The position numbers and the translations under genes are program-made. Source: a virus (lineage: Duplodnaviria > Heunggongvirae > Uroviricota > Caudoviricetes). Taken from it: a stretch of DNA of 64,000 nucleotides. This document shows positions 27,423 to 36,323 of this stretch, in pieces. Where the stretch lies: IMG/VR virus record IMGVR_UViG_3300028486_000080, positions 80,199-144,198 of that record. One strand, given 5' to 3'. The notes under the pieces are model-generated. The model saw only the letters and a program-made list of their open reading frames with translations, ran no database searches and had not been told where the DNA came from. How positions within the stretch are numbered: position 1 is the stretch's first letter; each line of letters begins with the position of its first letter.

Positions 27423-29333
27423 ATGACCCTAAACCTCTATCAACAAGTCATTCACCGTTCACGCTACGCACGTTGGTCAGAGGAGGAAGGGAGACGCGAA
27501 GATTGGGACGGGACGGTTGATCGTTACTTCGGCTTTTTCGAGTCACACCTAGAAAAGCGCCACGACTACAAAATCCCCCCCAAGCTTCTAAAAGCACTCG
27601 ACAAGGCACTCCGCAACATGGAGATCATGCCCTCCATGCGCACCTTCATGACTGCCGGTCCCGCGCTGGAGTCATGTGAAGTCGCCAACTACAACTGCGC
27701 TTACCTACCCGTCGACTCCGTGCGTGCATTCTCTGAGCACATGTACGTGCTTATGAGTGGCAGCGGTTCTGGCTTCTCCATCGAGCGGCGCTTCACTGAT
27801 AAGCTGCCTGAGATTCCACACGAGCTTCATCCAACCGATACCATCGTGAAGGTATCTGACAGCCGCAAGGGGTGGTGCGTTGCCCTCAATCAGTTCCTCC
27901 AACTTCTGTTCGGCGGCAGCATCCCAGGCTATGATACTTCCAAGCTTCGCAAGGAAGGCGAGAGGCTGAAGACGTTCGGCGGATACTCGTCTGGTCCGAA
28001 GGTGCTCGAAGAGCTATTCGAACACATCATCAAGGTCTTCCTCAAGGCTCGCGGACGTAAGCTCCGTCCTGTGGAAGTCTTCTCTATCTTCTGTTTCATT
28101 GCTCAGATCGTTGTCGTCGGAGGCGTGCGTCGCTCGGCAACAATCGCTCTGTTCGATAAGGACGACGTTGAAATGCGTCGTGCGAAGAGCGGCGCTTGGT
28201 GGGTGGAGAACCCGCACTACGCTATGGCTAATGTATCAGCGGTATTCGAGTCCAAGCCAGAAGCCGTAGAGTTCATGGACATCTGGCGCGATCTCACTGC
28301 GTCTGGATCGGGTGAGCCGGGATTCCTCAACCGTGCGGCGTTGTGGGATCAATGTGATGCTATCGGTAGAGCGACGCGTGAAGCCAATGGTGATCGCATC
28401 TACTTTGGCGTCAACCCGTGCTGCGAGATCATCTTGCGCCCGTATGAGTTCTGCAACTTGACTGGCGTGGCTATTCGCCCTGAGGATACGCTGGAGGATT
28501 TGGTCCGAAAGGTACAGCAAGCGACTATTCTCGGAACGTGGCAATCTACGGTCAGCGAGTTCGATTACCTGCGTAAGATATGGAAGGACAACGTTGACGG
28601 AGAGCGGCTGCTTGGTGTCTGTCTCGCTGGGATGATGGACCACCCCGTGTTGTCCAAGAAGACCGAAGAGAGCCAGGAGTGGCTGAATATCCTTCGCAAT
28701 GAGGCGTGGATAACCAATCAGAAGTTTGCGGGCGACATCGGCATTGAGCCCTCGGCTTCTGTCACGGCTGTCAAGCCTGCCGGTAACTCTGGTGAACTCT
28801 ATGATGTGTCCTCGGGCATCCATCCTCGGTTCGCTCCATACTACATCCGCACGATTCGTCAGTCTAACGGCGACCCGATGACAAAGTTCCTCCAGGAGCA
28901 GGGTGTGCCTTGGGAAGTGTCTAAGCAGAATCCGAGAGATATCGTTTTCAGCTTCCCTATTAAGTCTCCAGATGGCGCGATCTGTGCCGACCAGCTACCG
29001 GCATTGGAACAGCTTGAGCATTGGTTGCACGTGAAGACGCACTTCACGACGCACACGGTTAGCTGCACTATATACGTTAACAAAGATGAATGGCTGGATG
29101 TCGGTGCCTGGGTATACAAGCACTTCGATCAGGTGACCGGGCTCAGCTTCCTACCGTACGATGACCACACCTATGAGCAGGCGCCCTATCAAAAGATCAC
29201 GAAGGAGGCTTATGACCTGTTTATGGATCAGATGCCTACAGAGATCGACTGGAGCCAATTCAAGGAAATGGAAGACACAACCACGGTCAGTCAGGAGTAC
29301 GCCTGCACGGGCGGAGCCTGCGCTCTGGTATAA
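27423..29333 (+). CDS. nrdJ: ribonucleotide reductase, class II (B12-dependent, monomeric type)
   Basis: active-site segment GVNPCCEIILRPYEFCNLTGVAI (NPC.E...E.CNL hallmark); C-terminal CTGGAC cysteine pair; no NrdB partner in the window; 636 aa. Confidence 0.65.
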   Translation: MTLNLYQQVIHRSRYARWSEEEGRREDWDGTVDRYFGFFESHLEKRHDYKIPPKLLKALDKALRNMEIMPSMRTFMTAGPALESCEVANYNCAYLPVDSVRAFSEHMYVLMSGSGSGFSIERRFTDKLPEIPHELHPTDTIVKVSDSRKGWCVALNQFLQLLFGGSIPGYDTSKLRKEGERLKTFGGYSSGPKVLEELFEHIIKVFLKARGRKLRPVEVFSIFCFIAQIVVVGGVRRSATIALFDKDDVEMRRAKSGAWWVENPHYAMANVSAVFESKPEAVEFMDIWRDLTASGSGEPGFLNRAALWDQCDAIGRATREANGDRIYFGVNPCCEIILRPYEFCNLTGVAIRPEDTLEDLVRKVQQATILGTWQSTVSEFDYLRKIWKDNVDGERLLGVCLAGMMDHPVLSKKTEESQEWLNILRNEAWITNQKFAGDIGIEPSASVTAVKPAGNSGELYDVSSGIHPRFAPYYIRTIRQSNGDPMTKFLQEQGVPWEVSKQNPRDIVFSFPIKSPDGAICADQLPALEQLEHWLHVKTHFTTHTVSCTIYVNKDEWLDVGAWVYKHFDQVTGLSFLPYDDHTYEQAPYQKITKEAYDLFMDQMPTEIDWSQFKEMEDTTTVSQEYACTGGACALV

Positions 29334-29358
29334 TCGTTAACCTTAACGTTTAAGATTA

Positions 29359-29397
29359 CCTCCAGGGCTTGACTATTGCGCCCTGGAGGGCTATATT
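29359..29397 (+). promoter_or_regulatory. promoter TTGACT-N17-TATATT embedded in a 10-bp inverted repeat (CCTCCAGGGC / GCCCTGGAGG)
   Basis: inverted repeat arms 29359..29368 and 29380..29389 flank/overlap the -35 and spacer; 30 bp upstream of the wHTH regulator gene. Confidence 0.5.
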
Positions 29398-29426
29398 AAC
29401 CACACCAATTAACCTTAAGGTGACAC

Positions 29427-29690
29427 ATGACCCTCCAGCGCAAGACCACCGACGTGTCTACCGTTCAGCGTGACATCCTCAAGCATCTGCGCACGGCAGG
29501 TCAGCGGGGTATGACCGACGATGAAATCGCTGATGCTCTTCATCTTGAAAATCTAACCACTGCCTCCCAGCGCCGCGCCGGGTTGGAGAAGGCTGGTCTC
29601 GTGAAGGAGCTTGGCGTCACGCGCTCGATCAATGGCAAGATGAAGAACGTATATGTCGTGACCAAAGAGGGCAAGGACGCGGCAGACTGA
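29427..29690 (+). CDS. winged-helix transcriptional regulator
   Basis: 87 aa; LKHLRTAGQRGMTDDEIADALHLENLTTASQRRAGLEKAGLV typical wHTH (MarR/PadR-like); promoter and inverted repeat immediately upstream. Confidence 0.55.
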   Translation: MTLQRKTTDVSTVQRDILKHLRTAGQRGMTDDEIADALHLENLTTASQRRAGLEKAGLVKELGVTRSINGKMKNVYVVTKEGKDAAD

Positions 29691-29704
29691 TTTAGGAGAT
29701 TACC

Positions 29705-30682
29705 ATGGCAATTCTGACTGTCGGTGGGGAAGCTGATTGCTTTCTATTGTGGACGGGTGCATTTGTAAACGACAATACCGCAGGACGCTTTGATGCGGAC
29801 GCATCACGCACGTCGCTTGTCATAGAACAGGGGGTAAGCGAGTACCAACTTCCGATTGCTGACGCGCCGACCGAGCTATATGTCCACATGTATCTTTATG
29901 TCGATGGTGTGGCGGCAGACGACTTTATCTTCTTCTATGGCGACTTGGGAGACGCGATCAAGATCACCCTAGAAAGTGATGGGCGGTGGTCCTTCTATAA
30001 GTATATCTCTGACGCTTACACGCTTCTCGCAACTACTACTAATCCTGTTCTTGTCGATGCGGCAGGAGCTATCGACATATATATCAATATCAGCGCAGTT
30101 GGAACAATTCGCTTGTCCTTGGACGGGACGGAGATTCTGTTGTATGAAGGCGATACAACAGGAGATAGCTCATACTTCAGCGATATTGTTTGGCAGGGCG
30201 CTTCTGGCATGACCGCCAACCTATCGCAGGTCATCGTCGCTGACGCGGACACGATTGGTATGAAGCTGGTAACTTTGCCGGTAACTGGTGCAGGCGCCAT
30301 AAGCGATTGGACGGGCAACTATAGCAACATCGATGAGGCAGACTTGAATGAAGCTGACTTCATTAGTGCACTTGAAGTCGATACTGTTAGCGTTTTCCAG
30401 ATGACTGATATCCCCTCCGCTTTTGCCGGGTACGCAGCTTTGGCGTTTGCGGTGGCGATGACGGGCAACAATCCCGCGGACACTTTCATTGGCAACATTC
30501 AAGCGGCAGTGCGCCCCGATAGCACCGTCTTCTACTCGGGAGATTCTACTACACTTGCACAAGATGGTATTACCACGGGCAGCGTGTTCGTGTTCAACCA
30601 AGACCCAAGCACAAGCGCAGCTTGGACTAAAGCCCGTGTCAACGGTACGCAGATTGGCGTCAAGTCCGTGGCAGGCGAATAA
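29705..30682 (+). CDS. hypothetical beta-rich protein (possible virion or surface protein)
   Basis: 325 aa, S/T/G/D rich; ATGG overlap with the next gene. Confidence 0.4.
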   Translation: MAILTVGGEADCFLLWTGAFVNDNTAGRFDADASRTSLVIEQGVSEYQLPIADAPTELYVHMYLYVDGVAADDFIFFYGDLGDAIKITLESDGRWSFYKYISDAYTLLATTTNPVLVDAAGAIDIYINISAVGTIRLSLDGTEILLYEGDTTGDSSYFSDIVWQGASGMTANLSQVIVADADTIGMKLVTLPVTGAGAISDWTGNYSNIDEADLNEADFISALEVDTVSVFQMTDIPSAFAGYAALAFAVAMTGNNPADTFIGNIQAAVRPDSTVFYSGDSTTLAQDGITTGSVFVFNQDPSTSAAWTKARVNGTQIGVKSVAGE

Positions 30683-31473
30683 TGGCTATAGCCTATACGA
30701 CAGCGTGGGAAATTAGCCTCACCAACAATCAGAATTTTTTCTACAATACGACGGCGCGATATTGGATCGATTCTGCGTCTTTTGATCCTATAGTCCCAGT
30801 CCCGGATGGGCAGACACATGTGCGTCTGCGTTTTGTCGCTTCGGGAACGGCAGCGCTTAGCATCAATAGCGCTTATATCGGACATGGGTATGATTACGAT
30901 AGTCCAGGTTTTCCAGACAGCGAATCCTATTGGCAGGCTAAAGACCTAACACCTATTACATTTAGCGGTGAGACCGATGTGGTAATTCCACAGGGGACTA
31001 CCCTATTGTCTGATCCGATTCCGTTCGTGTACGACGGCACAAGTCCAATTATCATCAGCATGGATGGTCCGCTTACAGGACCGAGTGGGTACAAGTATAC
31101 AAATTTCAACATCGCGGGTGGCGATGGCTGGCAGCCTTGGGAGATTTCCGGTGATGGGCAGCTAGCATCAACACTAGTGCTTGAAGGTTACGTAGCTGGA
31201 GAAAACATCGGTTCCCAGACTTCTGGTCCGCGCGGTATTGATCGTTTCGAGTGGGGAGTTGATACGGAAGCACTGGTCCCGCTTAAGGTATCCAAGCTCA
31301 CTGGCTATGCCGTAGTCTTCGAGCTAACCCCCATGGAGGTATCCAAACTCACAGGGTACGCGGTGGTAAAAGAGGCTAGTGCGCTCAACGTTAGTAAGTT
31401 AACAGGATACGTTGTCGTGCGCGAGGGTGGTAATCTGATTTACCAGTATAGCTACATGCCTGTCGTTAACTAA
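30682..31473 (+). CDS. hypothetical protein with three C-terminal VSKLTGY(A/V)VV repeats
   Basis: 263 aa; tandem decapeptide repeat three times near the C-terminus. Confidence 0.45.
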   Translation: MAIAYTTAWEISLTNNQNFFYNTTARYWIDSASFDPIVPVPDGQTHVRLRFVASGTAALSINSAYIGHGYDYDSPGFPDSESYWQAKDLTPITFSGETDVVIPQGTTLLSDPIPFVYDGTSPIIISMDGPLTGPSGYKYTNFNIAGGDGWQPWEISGDGQLASTLVLEGYVAGENIGSQTSGPRGIDRFEWGVDTEALVPLKVSKLTGYAVVFELTPMEVSKLTGYAVVKEASALNVSKLTGYVVVREGGNLIYQYSYMPVVN

Positions 31474-31505
31474 ACTTAAAGACAGACGTGACACACCTCC
31501 AGGTC

Positions 31506-31519
31506 GGTGATATATCACC
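31506..31519. promoter_or_regulatory. perfect 14-bp palindrome GGTGATATATCACC (operator candidate)
   Basis: 30 bp upstream of the SPFH gene start. Confidence 0.4.
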
Positions 31520-31549
31520 CTCAGGTTTAACCTAAACTGGAGAGCCTTA

Positions 31550-32494
31550 ATGGCACGAACGTTCGATGACCGCTACGACTCGTTGGGTCGGGAAACCAAG
31601 GCGCGCGGTCTGGGTTGGAAGATTGGCGTGGGTTTAGCCATCTTCCTGGGACTCCTCACCGCATGGCTCAGCTACTACACGGTGGATCAGGGCGATGTTG
31701 GCATCGTCAAGCGCTGGGGTGAGCGGATCGCCATCAGCGATCCGGGGCTCCACTTCAAGGTTCCGTGGATCGATACGGTCGATGAGATCGAAGTCCGCAA
31801 CCGCAAGATCACTAAGGAAATGGACTCGTCGTCGTCTGACCCGATGTCTCTGCCCATCGTCGTGACGATGAACTGGGAAGTGAACAAGAAAGACATTGGT
31901 GCCCTTTATGACGAGTATGGCGGGCTAACGCAGTTCGAGGAACGCATCCTCATTCCGCGTTTTCTTTCCGGCTCTAAGACGGCGGCATCACGCTTCTCCG
32001 TCAATGATCTGGTGCTCAATCGCGACAAGCTCCAGACCGAGATCGGCAAGGTGCTCGATGAGCGTATGCCAACCAACGTCATGGGCGTAACCGGTGTGTC
32101 GGTGGAAGACGTTCTCTTCCCGCCTGACTACATGAAGCAGATCAAGGACAAGCAGATTGCTCGTGAAGCTGCCTTGACTGAGAAGTTCACCCTGGAGCAG
32201 CAGAAGTACAAGTCGCAGCAGATCACCCAGACTGCCGTATCGCAGGCGAATGCTGATCGCGCCAAGGCGGACGCCGAAGCTTACGGTATTACCAAGAAGG
32301 GTAATGCTGAGATCGCTGTCATCGAAGCCAAGGGTAAGGCTATTGCAGCGAACCCGTTGATCATCCAATATACGAATGCATCCAACTGGAGCGGCAAGCT
32401 GCCCGATACATTCATCGGCGGCGAACAGGCAGGTAACATCCTGTTCAACTTGCCTTCCCAGAATGGTGCCCAGCGCGCGGCAACTACGCCTTAG
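31550..32494 (+). CDS. SPFH/band-7 (prohibitin/HflC-like) membrane protein
   Basis: N-terminal TM helix then YYTVDQGDVGIVKRWGERIAISDPGLHFKVPWIDTV band-7 core followed by a coiled-coil region. Confidence 0.75.
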   Translation: MARTFDDRYDSLGRETKARGLGWKIGVGLAIFLGLLTAWLSYYTVDQGDVGIVKRWGERIAISDPGLHFKVPWIDTVDEIEVRNRKITKEMDSSSSDPMSLPIVVTMNWEVNKKDIGALYDEYGGLTQFEERILIPRFLSGSKTAASRFSVNDLVLNRDKLQTEIGKVLDERMPTNVMGVTGVSVEDVLFPPDYMKQIKDKQIAREAALTEKFTLEQQKYKSQQITQTAVSQANADRAKADAEAYGITKKGNAEIAVIEAKGKAIAANPLIIQYTNASNWSGKLPDTFIGGEQAGNILFNLPSQNGAQRAATTP

Positions 32495-32530
32495 GCAAGC
32501 CGGAAATACCTAAGGGTAGTGTCACAGTGG

Positions 32531-32560
32531 AGCCCGGCGTAGAATCCTACGTCGGGCTCT
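32531..32560. terminator. hairpin terminator between convergent genes
   Basis: GAGCCCGGCGTAG-aatc-CTACGTCGGGCTC 13-bp stem (1 mismatch) followed by TTGTC. Confidence 0.45.
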
Positions 32561-32765
32561 TGTCATCTATTCTGGCAGCAGCGAAAGCTAGCCCTACAGA
32601 AAAGTAACCCAGCCCCGCCGCGGTAACCACGTGAGCCATAATAAGGTCCGATGTCTCTCGGCTGAGACCACCGGCACGGCTCGTGTGTAGAAAGTGCTCC
32701 ATAGCTCGCACCACCACATCATCAGCGCCTAGAATTACGCTGCGAACGGCATTCTCGCTGATCAT
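32547..32765 (-). CDS. hypothetical small protein
   Basis: 72 aa ORF with ATGA overlap to the CAP gene. Confidence 0.3.
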   Translation of the reverse strand: MISENAVRSVILGADDVVVRAMEHFLHTSRAGGLSRETSDLIMAHVVTAAGLGYFSVGLAFAAARIDDKSPT

Positions 32766-33292
32766 TGCTCACTCCCTAGAACCATAGCCCAGAAATGCTT
32801 GTACTTCGTGTTCAGCTTATCGACGCTAGCTATGCCGATTTCTGTCACTTTGGGGTTGAGGAGGTTGGCGTTGTGCCCAGGGCTTGCTTTCCACTCAGCG
32901 AACGCCTGTTCCCAAGAGTCCTGTCCACCAGCCACGTTCTCAGCGACGACGGTCCACTTGTAGTCGTAGGCTTCGACGCGCTCCTTTACCGAAGCATACT
33001 TGCCGTCAAATGGGTTTAGGAAATACCCCTGGTCATGCCCGACGTAATCATTATCAGCCATATACGTGGCTTGGAACCGCGCCGCCGCGGTGAGGCGCTT
33101 GCTCCACTCCAGTGGCTTCAGCCCCTTCGAAACGCGATAGTCGTTCACGTCCTTAAGACGAAGCTCCGATTCCGTCAGTGTCTTCTCCACCGTTGGGCTG
33201 GAGTCGCTAGGCGAAAGACCCACGACGTTCTTCACGCTGTCACACGATGCGAGGCTCAGCGTCATCACTAGGGGGAAGATGATCTCTTTCAT
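32762..33292 (-). CDS. CAP/SCP/PR1-domain lipoprotein
   Basis: lipobox LSLASC after the signal peptide; CAP motifs GHDQGY..NPFDGKY and GHNANLLNPKVTEIGIA. Confidence 0.6.
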   Translation of the reverse strand: MKEIIFPLVMTLSLASCDSVKNVVGLSPSDSSPTVEKTLTESELRLKDVNDYRVSKGLKPLEWSKRLTAAARFQATYMADNDYVGHDQGYFLNPFDGKYASVKERVEAYDYKWTVVAENVAGGQDSWEQAFAEWKASPGHNANLLNPKVTEIGIASVDKLNTKYKHFWAMVLGSEQ

Positions 33293-33308
33293 CAGTATTT
33301 GTCTCCTG

Positions 33309-33524
33309 TTAGATTCCCAACTCAGGGATATTTGACCATCCCCACTGGTTAGCTATTTCAGCACCAATCTGCACAATATGATTTCGGGCTTCCATGTGAT
33401 AGAACCGTTGGTATCCATCAGCAGCATTGTTGGCTAGCTCTTCTTGATCCTTTGCGGCTGCGACGATGGCATCCAGCACAGCTTGCTCAGCATCCTCGCG
33501 ATCCATGTCAGTACTTTGCTCCAT
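33309..33524 (-). CDS. hypothetical small acidic protein
   Basis: internal ATG chosen to limit overlap with the upstream gene. Confidence 0.3.
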   Translation of the reverse strand: MEQSTDMDREDAEQAVLDAIVAAAKDQEELANNAADGYQRFYHMEARNHIVQIGAEIANQWGWSNIPELGI

Positions 33525-34173
33525 GCTTGACGGGACGAGTCTTGTTGAAGGCGAACTTGGCATCCATGATCGGCATGTAGTCGATACCCAGCAGACGGCA
33601 CACCTCAATGGTCGCGGTCAATGCCGCAGCTAGGTCAAGATGGTACTGTGGGCACTGAATAATATATGAGCTTCCCAAGTCATCCCAGACTTCGAACTCC
33701 GTCTGCACACTTTTGCGGTGAGCGTCGAGCGCCTTTGAGATAAGGTGGTGCAGGACCATCAGCTTATCGTTGAGGCTGCCGTATTCCACTCCGTCGAGGA
33801 AGCCATGCACTGTCATTCCATAGACGTGGTTCATGATCTCATCGAAGTCAGCCGTGACGTAGGCGCCGCAGGCGTCGTAGAGCCGGATGATGGTATCGAC
33901 GATCTCGACATCGACTGCCTTATATTGTGGCAGCTTGTCGTCCTGCCCATTGGTCCAGGAAGCCTCATAGGCTTCATCCACCTCGCCATGGATCAGAGCA
34001 ATCACCTGACCGAAATCCCGCTCTGGCTCCCCGTCGAGCGGCCAGAAACCCTTAGCCTTGTTCGCCGCATGAACGGTCCAGGCTATATCTGCATGACACA
34101 TATGTGTCAGGAATCCCTCATTGGTCGCGATAGCTTCCTCAAGCTCAGCACGTTGCTCACGGATATCGGTCAT
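33508..34173 (-). CDS. MazG-like / all-alpha NTP pyrophosphohydrolase domain protein
   Basis: VIALIHGEVDEAYEA segment resembles the MazG-type EExxE metal-binding helix; weak. Confidence 0.35.
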   Translation of the reverse strand: MTDIREQRAELEEAIATNEGFLTHMCHADIAWTVHAANKAKGFWPLDGEPERDFGQVIALIHGEVDEAYEASWTNGQDDKLPQYKAVDVEIVDTIIRLYDACGAYVTADFDEIMNHVYGMTVHGFLDGVEYGSLNDKLMVLHHLISKALDAHRKSVQTEFEVWDDLGSSYIIQCPQYHLDLAAALTATIEVCRLLGIDYMPIMDAKFAFNKTRPVKHGAKY

Positions 34174-34270
34174 CTAGGTAATCTTTCCTGTTAACGTTAA
34201 CTTGTATCCTAGACCTAGCAACCCCACATATGTTCTGTCAACCTTAATTTTCATATACGGGGACAAATAA

Positions 34271-34945
34271 ATGGCGCGACCTGCGGGACTTCAAGTCAAG
34301 CTCCACCCTAACCTAACTCCCACTCAGAAGGAAGTTCTCCGCTACCCAGACTATCACTTGATCTTGGAGGGTCCGGCTGGTACCTCTAAGACCTACTTAG
34401 CCCTCGCTAGGGGACTTTCACTCTTAAAGAACGATGACGTAGAGAAGATCATCATCATACGCTCAGCCGTAGAGACTCGATCCATCGGCTTTCTACCGGG
34501 CGGCAGAGACGAAAAAATGGAAGCTTATGCAGCGCCATATATCCACCTGATCAGTGAGTTATCCCCCCAACGTAATTACGCCGCATTGATGAACACCAAA
34601 CTCTTGGAGTTCCATTCAACATCATTCTTGCGTGGCTGTACGTTCGATGATGCCTTCATCATCTGTGATGAGTATCAGAACATGAACGCGCACGAATTGG
34701 AGACCATAGTCACTCGTGTAGGTGAGCGCTCGCACTTGTGCTTATGCGGCGACGGTGATCAATCAGACTTACGCGGCGACGAAGCCCGAGAGCACAAGCT
34801 GGTTCTAGAAATCCTCACGCAGATGGAGGAATTCTACTATGTCAAGTTTGGTGTTGAGGATATCGTGCGCTCTGACTTCGTGCGCCGGTACTACGAGGTA
34901 AAAGAGCAGGTATACAAGGGTGGCGTCAAGAGAACTCTGGCTTGA
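34271..34945 (+). CDS. phoH: PhoH-like ATPase
   Basis: Walker A ILEGPAGTSKTYLA, Walker B FIICDEYQN; size and motif spacing typical of phage PhoH. Confidence 0.85.
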   Translation: MARPAGLQVKLHPNLTPTQKEVLRYPDYHLILEGPAGTSKTYLALARGLSLLKNDDVEKIIIIRSAVETRSIGFLPGGRDEKMEAYAAPYIHLISELSPQRNYAALMNTKLLEFHSTSFLRGCTFDDAFIICDEYQNMNAHELETIVTRVGERSHLCLCGDGDQSDLRGDEAREHKLVLEILTQMEEFYYVKFGVEDIVRSDFVRRYYEVKEQVYKGGVKRTLA

Positions 34946-35001
34946 CCATCTTGTATCCGACGTAGATTTGAGCCACGGCGATTGAGGCACCTAACGCCAC
35001 C

Positions 35002-35451
35002 TCAGTCCCGTGGCTCGAAAAGAAAGATATCGCAGTCAACATCAATAAGCTCCTGTATGATAAGAGGCTTGACGGTATCCCAAGAGAGACCGCCTAGCCC
35101 GCATCCTAGGGCAGGGATCGCAATGGAAGTGATCTTTTCTCCTTCTATGGCGCGACGCAACGCGGGCAACGCGGAAATAACATACTCCAGCTTCGAAGGC
35201 AGCCGGGGGGTGCTCTTCGTAGGGAAGCTGATGATGAATTGCGGAATAGTCAAGCCTGTGGCATGCACGGCGACTGTGCCTGTCTTTATGTCCCCGCCGC
35301 GACAAAGCTCGCGGTATTCGTGGAAGTATTCAGGAAAGCGCTCCTTGAAAGCGAGAGCGATGCCGCCGCCCATCACGCCTTCACAGTTGACTGCGTTAAC
35401 GAGGCACTGACACCCAGAGGCAAATAAGTCACCGTTAGTTGCGATTAACAT
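35002..35451 (-). CDS. macro domain (ADP-ribose binding/processing) protein
   Basis: LVNAVNCEGVMGGGIALAFKERFPE (macro N-x6-GGG-V motif) and IAIPALGCGLGG distal motif; start at ATG 35451. Confidence 0.7.
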   Translation of the reverse strand: MLIATNGDLFASGCQCLVNAVNCEGVMGGGIALAFKERFPEYFHEYRELCRGGDIKTGTVAVHATGLTIPQFIISFPTKSTPRLPSKLEYVISALPALRRAIEGEKITSIAIPALGCGLGGLSWDTVKPLIIQELIDVDCDIFLFEPRD

Positions 35452-35680
35452 GGGCGTCCTCTGCTTTATCACACCACTCAGCGAAAGCGCGCCCGAGCGC
35501 GGCATCATCCATCACTTCCAGCACTGTCTTAGCCATCGGTGCTGATAGCGGGTAGCTTTCACCGATACGTTCGGCGGCGAACGCTTGAATGAGAGGATTG
35601 TTATAGTCCCGACACGTCTTGCCTAGATCGATAGCCTCAGCGTCAGTTAGATTTCCCGCCCGTTGCTGTGTCGTCTGCAT
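35435..35680 (-). CDS. hypothetical small protein
   Basis: 81 aa from internal ATG of ORF 35435..35788. Confidence 0.3.
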   Translation of the reverse strand: MQTTQQRAGNLTDAEAIDLGKTCRDYNNPLIQAFAAERIGESYPLSAPMAKTVLEVMDDAALGRAFAEWCDKAEDAHVNRN

Positions 35681-35873
35681 TATCTTTAGCCCATCCCATG
35701 ATTTTGTACTTGAGGAAATCCCCAATGCGAGCGGCGATGCCGCAATGGATTTTATTGCGCCCGTAGGTGGTGACGTGCTCGCCCTCACCTACCTTGCGCG
35801 CGACGATGACGACTTGATCGTAGTCGTAGAGCTTCGCGATCTCACGCGCCGCCTTGATTGGAATCCGCTTCAT
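35643..35873 (-). CDS. hypothetical small basic protein
   Basis: 76 aa ORF. Confidence 0.3.
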   Translation of the reverse strand: MKRIPIKAAREIAKLYDYDQVVIVARKVGEGEHVTTYGRNKIHCGIAARIGDFLKYKIMGWAKDNADDTATGGKSN

Positions 35874-36246
35874 AATCGTTCTCTTCGAATACCCACTTCT
35901 CCGAGCATAGATCGCAGAGGCTATGCCAACCCTCCCAGGTGTGGATCACCGGAGCATCGGGAGCAGCCTCCCACAGCTTTTGCAGCCACTCAACCGCAGT
36001 CATCCATGTATCGCCACGTTGCGCTGCGCACTGTTCGAGAATCTGAGCGATGGTGGGGATGTGATAGATGCCGAAGGTCTCGACCTGTGGCTCATTGATG
36101 TTGACGCCCACCTTCTCGAAGATCGCTTCGATATGGACAAGCTCATCGGTGAAGATGTTCCACCATTGCTCAGGGGTTTGGATTGACACAGACTGGTTCA
36201 CCCTTCTCATTGACGGTCTGAACGGAGCCAATCGGGCAGTGGACAT
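35842..36246 (-). CDS. hypothetical protein
   Basis: 134 aa ORF. Confidence 0.4.
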   Translation of the reverse strand: MSTARLAPFRPSMRRVNQSVSIQTPEQWWNIFTDELVHIEAIFEKVGVNINEPQVETFGIYHIPTIAQILEQCAAQRGDTWMTAVEWLQKLWEAAPDAPVIHTWEGWHSLCDLCSEKWVFEENDYEADSNQGGA

Positions 36247-36323
36247 TACCCGGCTCTAGCAGACCCAAGATACCGATAGTGAGCGTGACGGCAAGCGCGA
36301 TCAGCGCTAGCGTTAAAATCAAT

